64,000 bases of DNA from Fibrobacteria bacterium (GTDB lineage: Bacteria; Fibrobacterota; Chitinivibrionia; Chitinivibrionales; FEN-1185): NCBI GenBank assembly GCA_037447435.1, contig JBBIGR010000002.1:32001-96000 (forward strand), read 5' to 3'. Position numbers and translations under genes: made by a program. The notes under the pieces are model-generated. The model ran no database searches, had not been told where the DNA came from, and was given only the letters and a program-made list of their open reading frames with translations. Positions within the stretch are counted from its first letter, which is position 1. The number at the start of each line of letters is the position of its first letter. This document shows positions 50,001-58,620 of this stretch, in pieces.

Positions 50001-51920
50001 GATGCGCAATCGCAAAAAGACTTGGGCGATTTGCTGTACGATCAAAAAGAAACGTCCGGCGCTCTCTCGGCATACCGTGCCGCCCTTAAAGCCGATCCGT
50101 CGTTAAAAGGCTTTTACAAGCGATATGTCGAACTCGTGACCCCGCGCGGCACACAGGAAGAAATCTCCAAGGCGCTTGCCGGAGCCGCTGCAGCAGGCGA
50201 AGCCGATGCGACGATGTATGCGACGCTCGGTGCAATTTACCAAAAACAGGCTTCTTACGAAAAAGCAATTACGGCGTATCAAAAAGCGTTGTCCCTCGAC
50301 CCTCGTAACATTGCAGTGCTTTCGTCGCTTGCGATGTGCCAGGCAAAGAGCGGCAACACGAACGAAGCGGTTATTTCGTATGAGCAGGCAACAGCCATGA
50401 ACCCCGACGCTGTCGCAGAATACAAGGCGCTCGGCGATTTGTATTCCAAGCAGAACAAAGCCGGCCAGGCGCTTGCAATGTATAAGAAATACCTGGAAAA
50501 AAATCCCAAAGATATGGATGTGGCCAATTCCGTTGGCCAGGCGGCCTTTGCAACCAAGAAATACGACGAAGCAGTGAAATACTTTGCCATGATGTCCGGC
50601 CCGGAAACAAACAGCATGGAATTCCTGTATGTGTACGGCCAATCCTGTTATTATTCGAAAGACTACAAAAAGACCATTGAACTTTTCGAAAAATACAGAA
50701 CAAACAATGCAAAACTCGCGACCAAACATGCGGGTGCAATGACGGTTGCAAAATTACTTGCCGATTCCTACGACAAATCTAACAACAGCGAAAAGGCCCT
50801 TGAACTGTATTCGCTGTATACCAAGACCGCTGCCGGCGCCAAAGACGCCGAAGCCTGCTTCCGACGGGCACAACTTACCGAAGCTTCCAGCCCGGCAACT
50901 GCGGCTAAACTCTATGAAGAGAATACGATATCGTTTCCCAAAGACTATCGCAATTTCCTGTATGCCGGCCTATACTATGCAAAGCAGAAAACAATGCTCG
51001 ATAAAGCGTTGGGTATGATGAAGAAATGTGCCGCGCTTGCCGATTCCATTCCGTCGTTATGGCTGGAAATGGGACAGGTGTACGGAAAACTCGGAAAAGA
51101 CAAGGAAGAACTTGAAGCGTATCGCAAGTTCATCCAACTCGATCCGGAAAACGCCGAAGCCTGCGGAAAAATCGGGGAAATCCTGCTTGCCAAGAAAAAG
51201 ACGAACGACGCCATGGTATTTTTGGAAATGGCCAATGCGCTCAGAGGTAACGACCCGAAATTCATGGTGCTTCTGGCTCAAGGATATCTGACGACCGACC
51301 GTTCCAAGGAAGCACTTGATTTATTGGAAAAGGCCGACAAGGTCAAGCCCGACGACGAAAACGTCAAGAGCATGCTTTTCGAATTATACAAGCAGACCAA
51401 TCAGCCGCAAAAAGCGCTTTCAGCCATTAAGGTAATTGCCGAAAAACGCCGCGACACGAAAACGAAACTCAAATATGCCGAGGCATTATATCTTGCGGGT
51501 TCCTACGCTCTTGCCGAAAGTGCGATTAAAGACATTACGGCAACCGAGCCGGAAAACATCGATGCGCTTATGATTTACGGTAAAACGCAATCGGTGCAGA
51601 ACAAGCTCGACGATGCCTTGGAAACGTACAAAGAAATATCCTATATCAATCCGAATTATGCGCCTGCATTGTACGAACGCGCCGAAATCTACGTTACCCA
51701 AACCAAGATCCAGTGGGCCAAAACGTTTTACGAACGCGCGCTCAAAGCCGATCCTAATTTCGCCCTGGCCGAACTCGGGCTTGCAAAGCTCGCAAAAAGC
51801 CAAAAAGATGTTGCAGGTTATCAGCTCCATCTGGAAAAAGCAAAAAAGCTGGATCCGAACAACAGGCTCATTCTCGATGAAACCGGCGGTGTAGCAAAGC
51901 CAAAAAAAACCGGTAAATAA
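44094..51920 (+). CDS. Giant exported TPR protein (2608 aa)
   Basis: AAGGAG RBS, signal peptide, TPR-like helices throughout. Confidence 0.92.
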   Translation: MRRDCFKTFFFASAVFVCWLCSPVFSDEAFDKLMDAKNYSEAINYADKKIPTTNREAAVWVKLGVANLELGLAEKALACYLVANRMDAKNYDALLGSAKVYNSLSQPANAAAAAKKALDQNFTPEASWEYARACIALNKPADAKKALEKVAESDPNNSAAVKELGLIYFNEKNYAKAVDLLKIANVKQPDPALTLKIGLAYKESNGPDSALVYLKAAKDKKPTAPEAAFELAKIYFNTQQFDKAAAEFEDASAKIQLGAFDFWAWGTSLSKTNGNADKIVKIFQQSLDKFGASKSKEALEAHAAVGTYYLDKKNYQAAVSHFQAIYAADSTGKLVPDINFSLALCSQGLDLPKKAIAQLERELVVNSGNVGAYAMLGDLYEKAGLAEKAKAVYEKMLSLNPNNPKIQMALGDYYLKAKKHQEALKYYQKSYTLERSALAAQGMAVCAFALEQPDMARDAAESALHLDANLWEPHVVLSKIYLKDKNFKDAKDQFEFMVKKQPNSKEYWLQLAVCYEQLNDPVRLADIDKKIIALDPKNIASRTRLARFTLSMGDTKAAIEQYKELAAIAPKDAEVFKNLYDLSVKNNAMTEAAQYLRSYVLLKPTDASAQKSLGDMLYDKKDNAGALSAYRAAVKADPAIKGVYKKYIELLGTGAEPTEFASALNGAIATSEADAQTYAMLGTIFLKQGQCPKAIEMFQKSIQLDPHNTNVLTMLAQCQAKTGNANEAIISYEQALAMNDKAVEELKALGDLYQQQSKTSQAVASYKKYLAKVPANSKIAKIIADYEYGQKNYTEANVYFAKVTGETAKSADMLFKYGQSCYLAKDFKKAKELYLQLAAVTPKNADVFKTLFDIVSKDSTAKTEAVSYMQKYVALKPADASAQKDLGDMQYDLKNNLAALSAYRAALAADPAIKGVYKRYVELVVLKGTSEELVKALTGAISAQEADAAMYGSLGAVYQKQGNCAKAIDMYQKAIQLDPRNTAVVSSLAQCQAKTGATSDAVVSYEQAIALNDKAVDELKELGELYIAQKKTAQAVTMFKKYVAKKPSDVRVAKFIADNEFSQKNYDEAIKYYAMVTGTAANSAEFLSKYGQSCYFVKNYKKAKELFVQLATISPKNADVFKTLYDIAEKDPATKAESQTYLQKYVSLNPGDASAQKDLGDMQYDAKNQSGALAAYRAAIEADPSIKGIYKRYVELVMAKGTSEELVKALTGAIKASEADAAMFASLGAVYQKQLAWAKAVDMYQKAMQADPRNVSVLSSLAKCQAKSGNINDAVVSYEQVVAMNPAAIEESQELGDLYAKQGKMSQAMAMYKKCLEKKPGDYRTAKAVGDFSYTQKNYDDAIKYYSMVSGPETKNADFLFKFGQSCYFSKNYKKAAELLNQLSALTPANAEIYKTLYDIAVKNNGTKTEQIAYLKKYVAVKPGDAQMQKTLGDLQFEQKNSAAAIAAYKAAIAADPAIKGFYKNYVELVSANGLPEDIVKAMKGAVNAGEADAAMYEAIGGLEQKAGAYAKAMDYYQKSMQLDPRNVKVLSSLAQCQAKTGNVNDAVISYEQAVAMNADAIEEYRILGELYQQQKKQSQSIAMYKKYLEKRPSNYTVALAVGDFAYGQKNYEDAAKYYAMVGGEISRKAPFLFKYAQSCYNAKNNKKAVEVLSQLATLTPLNAEVFKMLYDITVADPTTKKDASGYLKKYVKLSPTDAAAQKNLGDLLFEEKNTVGALAAYKAALTADPSLKGFYKRYVELVTTQGNAEETVKALKGAISAGEADAPMYFNLGSVYQKAANYSKAIEMFTKALQLDAQNMKALSALALCQAKSGNVKEATITYEQVVALDPNNVSELRALADLYLRQNKNDQAMGMYKKCLEKNPGDFKTAIAVGDYSLKIKDYDAAVKYYAMVGGADAKTSAFLLNYGEACYKSKTCSKSVDIYKELLVLTPTNATVVKTLYDIAVKANNTADEIVYLKKYVALKPGDAQSQKDLGDLLYDQKETSGALSAYRAALKADPSLKGFYKRYVELVTPRGTQEEISKALAGAAAAGEADATMYATLGAIYQKQASYEKAITAYQKALSLDPRNIAVLSSLAMCQAKSGNTNEAVISYEQATAMNPDAVAEYKALGDLYSKQNKAGQALAMYKKYLEKNPKDMDVANSVGQAAFATKKYDEAVKYFAMMSGPETNSMEFLYVYGQSCYYSKDYKKTIELFEKYRTNNAKLATKHAGAMTVAKLLADSYDKSNNSEKALELYSLYTKTAAGAKDAEACFRRAQLTEASSPATAAKLYEENTISFPKDYRNFLYAGLYYAKQKTMLDKALGMMKKCAALADSIPSLWLEMGQVYGKLGKDKEELEAYRKFIQLDPENAEACGKIGEILLAKKKTNDAMVFLEMANALRGNDPKFMVLLAQGYLTTDRSKEALDLLEKADKVKPDDENVKSMLFELYKQTNQPQKALSAIKVIAEKRRDTKTKLKYAEALYLAGSYALAESAIKDITATEPENIDALMIYGKTQSVQNKLDDALETYKEISYINPNYAPALYERAEIYVTQTKIQWAKTFYERALKADPNFALAELGLAKLAKSQKDVAGYQLHLEKAKKLDPNNRLILDETGGVAKPKKTGK
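45903..50700 (+). repeat. About six 819-bp (273-aa) intragenic super-repeats
   Basis: P.DA..QK.LGD marker at 45903, 46722, 47541, 48360, 49179, 49995; right boundary approximate. Confidence 0.9.
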
Positions 51921-51936
51921 TACATCGTTTCACTCT

Positions 51937-51976
51937 TCAAATAAAAAAGGCGCTTTACGGCGCCTTTTTTATTTGA
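51937..51976. terminator. Strong symmetric rho-independent terminator
   Basis: TCAAATAAAAAAGGCGC-TTTACG-GCGCCTTTTTTATTTGA. Confidence 0.85.
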
Positions 51977-52085
51977 GCGAAGTCTTCATCCCATTTTCCG
52001 CCCAAAGCGGCAGTTGGAATGCCGTTTCCTTGAAATATTCCATGGAGCAAAGAGTAATTTAATATATTGTACCTGAGGGCTTTTT

Positions 52086-53015
52086 ATGAATAAAGGTCGT
52101 AGTTGTCTTTTTGCCGTTATCCTGTTTGCAGCGGGAAGCGTTTTTGTTTGTTCTGCAAAACAGGGCGACGGTCATGCGGTTACAGTTCAGCCAAACGCGG
52201 TACCATCGGCAAAAACAAGCCTTAAAAACAAAATTACCTGGCACGATGGCATCACAGCCCTCAAAGCCGGCGAATTGACAAAAGGCCTTTTGCTTCTCGA
52301 CAGTTTTCGGATGAGCGGTTGCAAAAACGACACTTTCGTGGAACTGTACTCTAAAGAAGCGCTCAATTCGCTTGTGCCGCAAAAGCCCGACTCGGTGGTT
52401 TCCCTTTTTCGTCAATTCACCACCATCGACACCGGACTGTTTAACCCCGCGACCCATTTCTTCACTGTTTCGCAATCGGTCAACAGAAATACATCCAGGA
52501 TAGCGCCGTGTTACACCTACGGCGCCACGTTTGAATTGCGGAAACCCTTCAGGCTGGTTTTTTCCGGTCTGGCGATTACCGAACAAACGGTAATGAATAT
52601 CGGCTTTCATTACGACCCGACGGTCGACGCGTCGCTCAATCGCCAGCGATACGACCGCAAGGACATTGCCTCTTGCAAATTGTACATAGACCTCAGCGCA
52701 ACGCTGGGCTCCCCGATGCAATACATCCGCGACAAAATCAACGGCAAATTCGATTCGATTTCGGTGCGACACGATTTCAGCGACAAACAGGGAATTTCAT
52801 TGCGGTGCATAACGCGGTCCCGTAACAACGACGACGATTCCTATACTGCAATTGCCACCTTCGACAAGATGCTGCCCGACGTGCATACCCATTCCAATCG
52901 CCGGTCCGATACGACCATGACCCTGGTACGCTATACCCTCATCGCGCAATCCTGCAACGGCAATGCCGACCGCATCGAGGCGCGGTTTCTTACCGTACTG
53001 CATAATCTTTTATGA
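52086..53015 (+). CDS. Exported hypothetical protein
   Basis: 309-aa ORF, signal-like N-terminus, GAGG RBS; no family recognised. Confidence 0.65.
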   Translation: MNKGRSCLFAVILFAAGSVFVCSAKQGDGHAVTVQPNAVPSAKTSLKNKITWHDGITALKAGELTKGLLLLDSFRMSGCKNDTFVELYSKEALNSLVPQKPDSVVSLFRQFTTIDTGLFNPATHFFTVSQSVNRNTSRIAPCYTYGATFELRKPFRLVFSGLAITEQTVMNIGFHYDPTVDASLNRQRYDRKDIASCKLYIDLSATLGSPMQYIRDKINGKFDSISVRHDFSDKQGISLRCITRSRNNDDDSYTAIATFDKMLPDVHTHSNRRSDTTMTLVRYTLIAQSCNGNADRIEARFLTVLHNLL

Positions 53016-54209
53016 TATTTTTTGAGAGGTTTTCTTTTGGAGCTGCAGAAAAACAAAATACCCGCCGATCCAACCGATAGCCCCCAGACCTATCGCCAGC
53101 ACGATACTGCCGAAAAACCACTCTATGCCGCCGTTGATTATTGCGCCATATTTCGAGTGTGATGCGGCAACAACCATATACTGCGGGACAACTATTTTAC
53201 CGATGGCAACCGCTGCCGCAATGATAAAAGGCAAAAACGGGAACGACGAAATGCTGACCCCTAAAAAGGCTAACGGCCTATTGAGCTTAAGTAAAAAGCT
53301 CAGCGCCATGAGTGAAATTACCTGAAACCCGTAAATCGGCAATAACCCGAAAAATATCCCAAAAGACAACGAACTTGCGGCTCGTTTTGGCGTGCTGTGC
53401 GCGTGAAGTTCCCGTTTGAAAAGAGCCAGGATTTTCTCTTTCCACGAGGCACCCGGCATGTCGACGATTAAAAACGGAAGCAGTATTTTTATAAGCGCCG
53501 CCTTCGAATTTACTTTTGATATCCTTAAAAAATCACGTACCGGCCTGAAATGCGACACCCTGTTTTCCCGGGGTTCGTAATGACGATGTACGGGAATGCC
53601 GATTACGGGAATGCCTTGCCAGGCCGCTTTTATCAGAACGTCCTGCTCGTATTCATATCTGCCGCCTTTACATCCGAGTGCGGCGATACGGCTCAGCGGA
53701 TACGCGCGAAACCCCGATTGCGTGTCGGCAATGGCGATACCCGTGAAGAACCTGTACCAGAACGCCCCGAATTTCGCACCGACGGATGACCGCAGAGGCA
53801 TATTGTCTCGGTTTCCCCGCAACGTTCTTTGCCCAATGTAAAGTGCGTCCGGATTTTCCTTTAATTTTTCCGAAAACAGCGGTATGTCCTGCGGATAATG
53901 CTGGCCGTCGGCATCTATGGTAATTGCATGGGTAAAGCCCATGGACGAGGCAGTTTCAAATCCTGCCTTTAAAGCGAATCCTTTTCCGCGGTTTATTTCA
54001 AAATCGACAACGACCAGTCCTTTTACAGAAGACTGCATTCCCCGGATAATTTCTCCGGTAGTATCGGTCGAACCGTCATTGACAATGATAATATCCCGGA
54101 TATGAGGATGCGATTCGTTAACAACCCGCTCTATCGTGAGCGGGTTGTTATACGTCGGGACGATAATTGCGATGCGCACGGGCGAACCGTCGGATTTTGC
54201 CGTGTTCAT
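53010..54209 (-). CDS. GT2 glycosyltransferase fused to DUF2062 membrane domain
   Basis: VPTYNN, VNDGSTD, NRGKG, DADGQH, DTQSGFRAY, VSHFRP; C-terminal TM region. Confidence 0.88.
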   Translation of the reverse strand: MNTAKSDGSPVRIAIIVPTYNNPLTIERVVNESHPHIRDIIIVNDGSTDTTGEIIRGMQSSVKGLVVVDFEINRGKGFALKAGFETASSMGFTHAITIDADGQHYPQDIPLFSEKLKENPDALYIGQRTLRGNRDNMPLRSSVGAKFGAFWYRFFTGIAIADTQSGFRAYPLSRIAALGCKGGRYEYEQDVLIKAAWQGIPVIGIPVHRHYEPRENRVSHFRPVRDFLRISKVNSKAALIKILLPFLIVDMPGASWKEKILALFKRELHAHSTPKRAASSLSFGIFFGLLPIYGFQVISLMALSFLLKLNRPLAFLGVSISSFPFLPFIIAAAVAIGKIVVPQYMVVAASHSKYGAIINGGIEWFFGSIVLAIGLGAIGWIGGYFVFLQLQKKTSQKIS

Positions 54210-54212
54210 GAA

Positions 54213-55511
54213 TTACTTCGAAAGCTTGCGTTTGCGCTGATCGATGACCCGTATTTTTTTTGTGGTTGTTGCGCCGCGATAATGCTTTATGGTGGCCGCA
54301 TTCGACACCAGTACGGGCAATTGCACTCGCGCCTCGGTACGCAAATGGGAAATGATCTTTTCCAAATTCGAAGGCGGCGTCACTGCCTGGATGGTGACCC
54401 GGTCCGATAACGATTCGTCGTCTTCCAGAATTATGACATAATCCTCGATACCGTCTATGGCGTCCATGACATTGGTGATCGCAAGCGGATAAATCGTCGT
54501 GCCTTTGAATTTAATCATTTGAGATTTGCGGCCCATGATGGGCCCGATGCGCAAGGAATTCCTGCCGCAGGCGCACGTACCCGGCACCTTGAAAGTAATA
54601 TCGCCGGTGCGGTACCGTAAAAGCGGAATACCTTCGACGCCGAGCGGGGTAGCGACGAGCTCGCCGACCGCGCCGTCCTCGACGGGATTTCCCACTTCAT
54701 CGACTATCTCGGTATACACGAGTTCCGGATGCGCATGACCGCCGTATTGGGTCGTGCATTCGCAGTACGCGGTCGAAAGTTCGGTCGACGCGTACGTGGA
54801 AAAAACCTTTGCATTATATAATTCCTCGAGCGCTCTGCCGACCGAATTCAATTCCATGTCCTGGTTGCGCAACGCTTCGCCGATGGCGAATATTTTCTGT
54901 ACCGCGGAACCGCGCGTATCGAATCCTTTTTTGTTAAGCTCCTTGGCGAGCTTTAATAAAAACGACGGCACCCCGACGATGACGGTCGGTTTCAGCAATT
55001 CGATATAATGCTGCTGCATGTCGAACGGCAAGACGCCGATGCGGGCGGTATTCGCACCAAGCAACGTAAGTCCCCGATAATACGCCATGCCCGCGATGAA
55101 CAGTCGGTCGAGCGAGGCCAGGATTTGGACCTTGTCTTTGGCCGTGACCCCCGCGGCATGAAACGACAATGCCTCATTAAACGCAAGGCGGTCGATGTCG
55201 GCGGCGGTCATGGAAAAAACCAGCGGCTTTCCGGTAGAACCGGACGTTACTACGGTTTCCACGATTTGCTGCGGCACGACGCCCAGAAACAAATCGACAT
55301 CTTCGACCAGTTCCCGTTTTTCCGTAAGCGGCAGTTTTGCGATGTCCGAAATGGTTTTGATGTCTTCCGGGAAAACATCAAACAGCGAGTTTTGATAATG
55401 GGGAGACACTTCCTTGACATGACGCACCTGGTTGCGCACAGCGCGTACCGAGCGCGATTCTATTTCGTCTACAGACATGAATTCCCACGATAATTCGGGT
55501 CTAAAAACCAA
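54213..55511 (-). CDS. Phenylacetate-CoA ligase family (PaaK-like) adenylating enzyme
   Basis: TSGSTGKP, TYASTE, LRYRTGD, CACGR; start uncertain (TTG 55511 or ATG 55478). Confidence 0.85.
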   Translation of the reverse strand: MVFRPELSWEFMSVDEIESRSVRAVRNQVRHVKEVSPHYQNSLFDVFPEDIKTISDIAKLPLTEKRELVEDVDLFLGVVPQQIVETVVTSGSTGKPLVFSMTAADIDRLAFNEALSFHAAGVTAKDKVQILASLDRLFIAGMAYYRGLTLLGANTARIGVLPFDMQQHYIELLKPTVIVGVPSFLLKLAKELNKKGFDTRGSAVQKIFAIGEALRNQDMELNSVGRALEELYNAKVFSTYASTELSTAYCECTTQYGGHAHPELVYTEIVDEVGNPVEDGAVGELVATPLGVEGIPLLRYRTGDITFKVPGTCACGRNSLRIGPIMGRKSQMIKFKGTTIYPLAITNVMDAIDGIEDYVIILEDDESLSDRVTIQAVTPPSNLEKIISHLRTEARVQLPVLVSNAATIKHYRGATTTKKIRVIDQRKRKLSK

Positions 55512-57918
55512 GGATGATACCTCCTGCTGGAAAAAACATCAATTGATACACCGGCGTCGGCGCGGGCCGGGAATCGGCGTAAATTCTGGTCCATATATTT
55601 TTTTGGCCGTATACATTTTGCAAATCAAAATAGTAGATCAGTTGCAAAAAACCAAAGCCAAATCGGCGCTCCCACCGTATATCGAGTTTATGGTATGCAC
55701 CGTACACGTCCGCGTTTAGCGCGGCGTCGGAATCCACATACCATCGACGATACGTTTGATCGTATACCGGCGACGTGTGCGGCCGCGCTCCCAGATACCG
55801 CCATTTCGCGGAAATTTCGTTCCGGTCGCCAATAGGCATCACCCACGACAGCATGGCAAACCAGCGGTGGCGTTTCAGCGCCTGGTACCAGGCATAGCCG
55901 AGCAGTTCTTTTTTCCACCCGCCGCTCAGCGTGACCATCGAGACAAAATCGTAATCGCCCCGGTACCACTCGCCCTCATGGCCCGGCCGCATGTCCTGCA
56001 TTTCCGATTTCGACAGCGAATATGCCGCGCTCCAGGAAAACTCATTTGTCAATTTTTTCTGGGCGAACAATTCCAAACCGTAGCTGCGCCCCTTTCCAAC
56101 CGATACCAGCGTGTTGGACTGGGAAAACCGTTCGGCCGGCGATTTGGACGCATTCGACAAAAGCAACGACGAATCGAGGGGCATGTCCGACATTTTTTTG
56201 TAATATCCCTCGATAATGCATTTGACGCCGGTTCGTTCGAACACATATTCCAGCCCGCCGATACCGATCATGATGTTTTTCGGCTTCAGCCCTCTGTTGA
56301 AATCGGCCTTGACAATATCCGCGTAGTCCGGGTCCTGGTATTGTATGCCGAAGGCGGCTGTCGCCTCCAATGCCGACGACAGCATATACGACGCGCCGAG
56401 CCGGGGCGAAACCGTAACGCTCTTGATATACGGGAACGCGTCGAAACGCAGGCCCGGCATGATGCGGATGCGGCTTGCGGGCCTGACAATGGAAGAAATG
56501 TAGCCGCCGTATTTATACGCGACATCGGCGCCGTGTGCCGCCGATTCCTCGGTAACGGGCTTGCCGTTATTATCATATACGACCGTGCCCGCCGAATCGC
56601 CGGGACCGGCGTATGTTTTTAGGGTGTCGCTGTTTTGCCTGATCTCGATATCGAAATTCGCGCGCTTCACTACGCCGCCGATCATAAGCCTGTTGTTTCC
56701 CGGAAAATCGTAGGCAATTTGGCCTTTAAGCGCCTGTTCTTCTTCGGAAGAGGTATTCTTGTATACCGTGTCCTGGCCCGTGTACTCTAATCTGTCAAAA
56801 GTATTTCCCACCCCCGAAACCGTAAACGATGTCGAAACCGCCTTGGAAACGCTTTGTTCCCATGTCGCTCCCACCGCATAGACCTTGCCGCCCGAAAGTA
56901 TGGTCGACCCGACGGTACCGTACAAGGAATCGGCATTGTCGATTTCAATGCTGTTGTCGCCGTAAACGCCGTTTGCGTACACTTTCGTATCCGCCGTGTT
57001 ATACGCGAGCCTTGCCTGTGCGCCCCAGTATTTCGGAACGGCAACCGCTTCGGTGTTAAACCGGGAATTCGCAATGAAATCCAAATAGCTTTTGGTGGCC
57101 GACACCATGAAATTCGATTGCTTGGTCATCGGACCTTCGGCGTGAAAGCCCAAACCGGCAACGCCCAAATCGACACCGCCCAAAACCATGTCGCTGTTTC
57201 CGTCGCGCAGTTTCACGTCCAAAACCGACGAGGCCTTTCCGCCGTATTGCGCCGGAGGAGCGCCGGCATTGAACGTCAGGCCCTTTACCAGCAACGGATT
57301 GACAAGAGAAATGACCCCGCCGCCGCTGCCCTGTTCGGCAAAGTGGTTTGGGTTCGGTATTTCTATATTGTCCAGAAGAAAGAGGTTTTCGCCCGGCACG
57401 CCGCCCCGGACCACGATTTCATTGGTCTTGTCCCCGCCCGACGCAACACTGGGCAGGTTCTGCACGACACGCTGCACATCCATGATCGCACCGGGCGCAC
57501 GTAAAAGCTCGTCGTAGGTTATGATCTTTGTCGACGACGCCATGTCCGGAGGACGCCGAAAGGCATTTGCACGGACCACCATACGGTCAACCGGTGTCGC
57601 TTTGGCTGCGGGTTCAAGTTCGGCATCAAGCTGTTTTTTCTCCTCGCCCGATACGTACGCGTCGCCGATGAACGTCGCCTCATAATTTGGATGGGAAAAT
57701 AAAACCGAATGGCTTCCCGGCGACACCGAATCGAAAGAATAATTTCCCGACTGGTCCGTGTGCGCGGTACAGGCCGGGGCCGAGACGATCACGAGCACCG
57801 ACGGTATTTTTTTCCCCGTTTGCGCGTTTGTCACCGTGCCGGCAATGATTCCGGCAATCCCCGGGAAATAACAAATCAAACAAAAAAAGCAGATCGTTTT
57901 AAAAAACCGCATGCTCAT
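55501..57918 (-). CDS. TonB-dependent receptor with N-terminal carboxypeptidase-regulatory-like domain
   Basis: Plug motifs VRGG..ENLFLLDNIEI.NPNHF, QYGGKASSVLDV; barrel GLRFD, SPRLG; terminal Phe. Confidence 0.88.
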   Translation of the reverse strand: MSMRFFKTICFFCLICYFPGIAGIIAGTVTNAQTGKKIPSVLVIVSAPACTAHTDQSGNYSFDSVSPGSHSVLFSHPNYEATFIGDAYVSGEEKKQLDAELEPAAKATPVDRMVVRANAFRRPPDMASSTKIITYDELLRAPGAIMDVQRVVQNLPSVASGGDKTNEIVVRGGVPGENLFLLDNIEIPNPNHFAEQGSGGGVISLVNPLLVKGLTFNAGAPPAQYGGKASSVLDVKLRDGNSDMVLGGVDLGVAGLGFHAEGPMTKQSNFMVSATKSYLDFIANSRFNTEAVAVPKYWGAQARLAYNTADTKVYANGVYGDNSIEIDNADSLYGTVGSTILSGGKVYAVGATWEQSVSKAVSTSFTVSGVGNTFDRLEYTGQDTVYKNTSSEEEQALKGQIAYDFPGNNRLMIGGVVKRANFDIEIRQNSDTLKTYAGPGDSAGTVVYDNNGKPVTEESAAHGADVAYKYGGYISSIVRPASRIRIMPGLRFDAFPYIKSVTVSPRLGASYMLSSALEATAAFGIQYQDPDYADIVKADFNRGLKPKNIMIGIGGLEYVFERTGVKCIIEGYYKKMSDMPLDSSLLLSNASKSPAERFSQSNTLVSVGKGRSYGLELFAQKKLTNEFSWSAAYSLSKSEMQDMRPGHEGEWYRGDYDFVSMVTLSGGWKKELLGYAWYQALKRHRWFAMLSWVMPIGDRNEISAKWRYLGARPHTSPVYDQTYRRWYVDSDAALNADVYGAYHKLDIRWERRFGFGFLQLIYYFDLQNVYGQKNIWTRIYADSRPAPTPVYQLMFFPAGGIILGF

Positions 57919-58604
57919 CGTTGTGCCTTCCACCGAGGGAAATCGCTGAGGCTGACTATCGTATCGCGGGCAACGATGACGTGATCCAAAAGCGGCATTT
58001 CAAGTAATTTACAAATATTATACAGCCGTTCGGTGATTTCCCAGTCGGCCGGCGAAGGTTCCGCGGTGCCGCCCGGATGGTTATGCGCAATGATGAGCGA
58101 TGTCGCCTTGTATCGCAACGCTTTATCGATAATGGTGCGGGGATACACGGCGCATTGATTGACCGTTCCCTCGTGGACGATTTCGGTTTCGATCACATTG
58201 TTGCCGTTGTCAAGGAACAGCACCGCGACATATTCGTCCGGCTTATACCCGAAAGCGAACCGCAGGTATTCCTTTACGTCGTTACGATGATGCACAATCG
58301 GTTTTTTATGGTATTTCTCCGCGAGGCAATAGGCGGTCACGTCCCTGAACAATACCAATAAGAGGCCGGCCTTTCTGCCGATCCCGGGGACTTTCTCAAC
58401 GTCCTCGCTGTCGGCGTGCAAAAGCCCGGATAGGGTTTTATATTTGCGCAGCAGTTCTTTTGCAATGGGTTTTGTGTCTTTACGGGGAATCGCAAAGGTC
58501 AATATCAGCTCGACGATTTCATAATCCTGCAGCGACGCGCAGCCGTTTTCTTCGAATCGCGAAAGCAAACGGCCGCGATGTCCGGCATATCCTTCGTCGG
58601 GCAT
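57915..58604 (-). CDS. radC: RadC family JAB-domain protein
   Basis: GHRGRL, DYEIVELIL, EGTVNQ, HNHPGG..PSPAD, LLDHVI. Confidence 0.92.
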   Translation of the reverse strand: MPDEGYAGHRGRLLSRFEENGCASLQDYEIVELILTFAIPRKDTKPIAKELLRKYKTLSGLLHADSEDVEKVPGIGRKAGLLLVLFRDVTAYCLAEKYHKKPIVHHRNDVKEYLRFAFGYKPDEYVAVLFLDNGNNVIETEIVHEGTVNQCAVYPRTIIDKALRYKATSLIIAHNHPGGTAEPSPADWEITERLYNICKLLEMPLLDHVIVARDTIVSLSDFPRWKAQR

Positions 58605-58620
58605 AAACGTTCCTTTTGTC

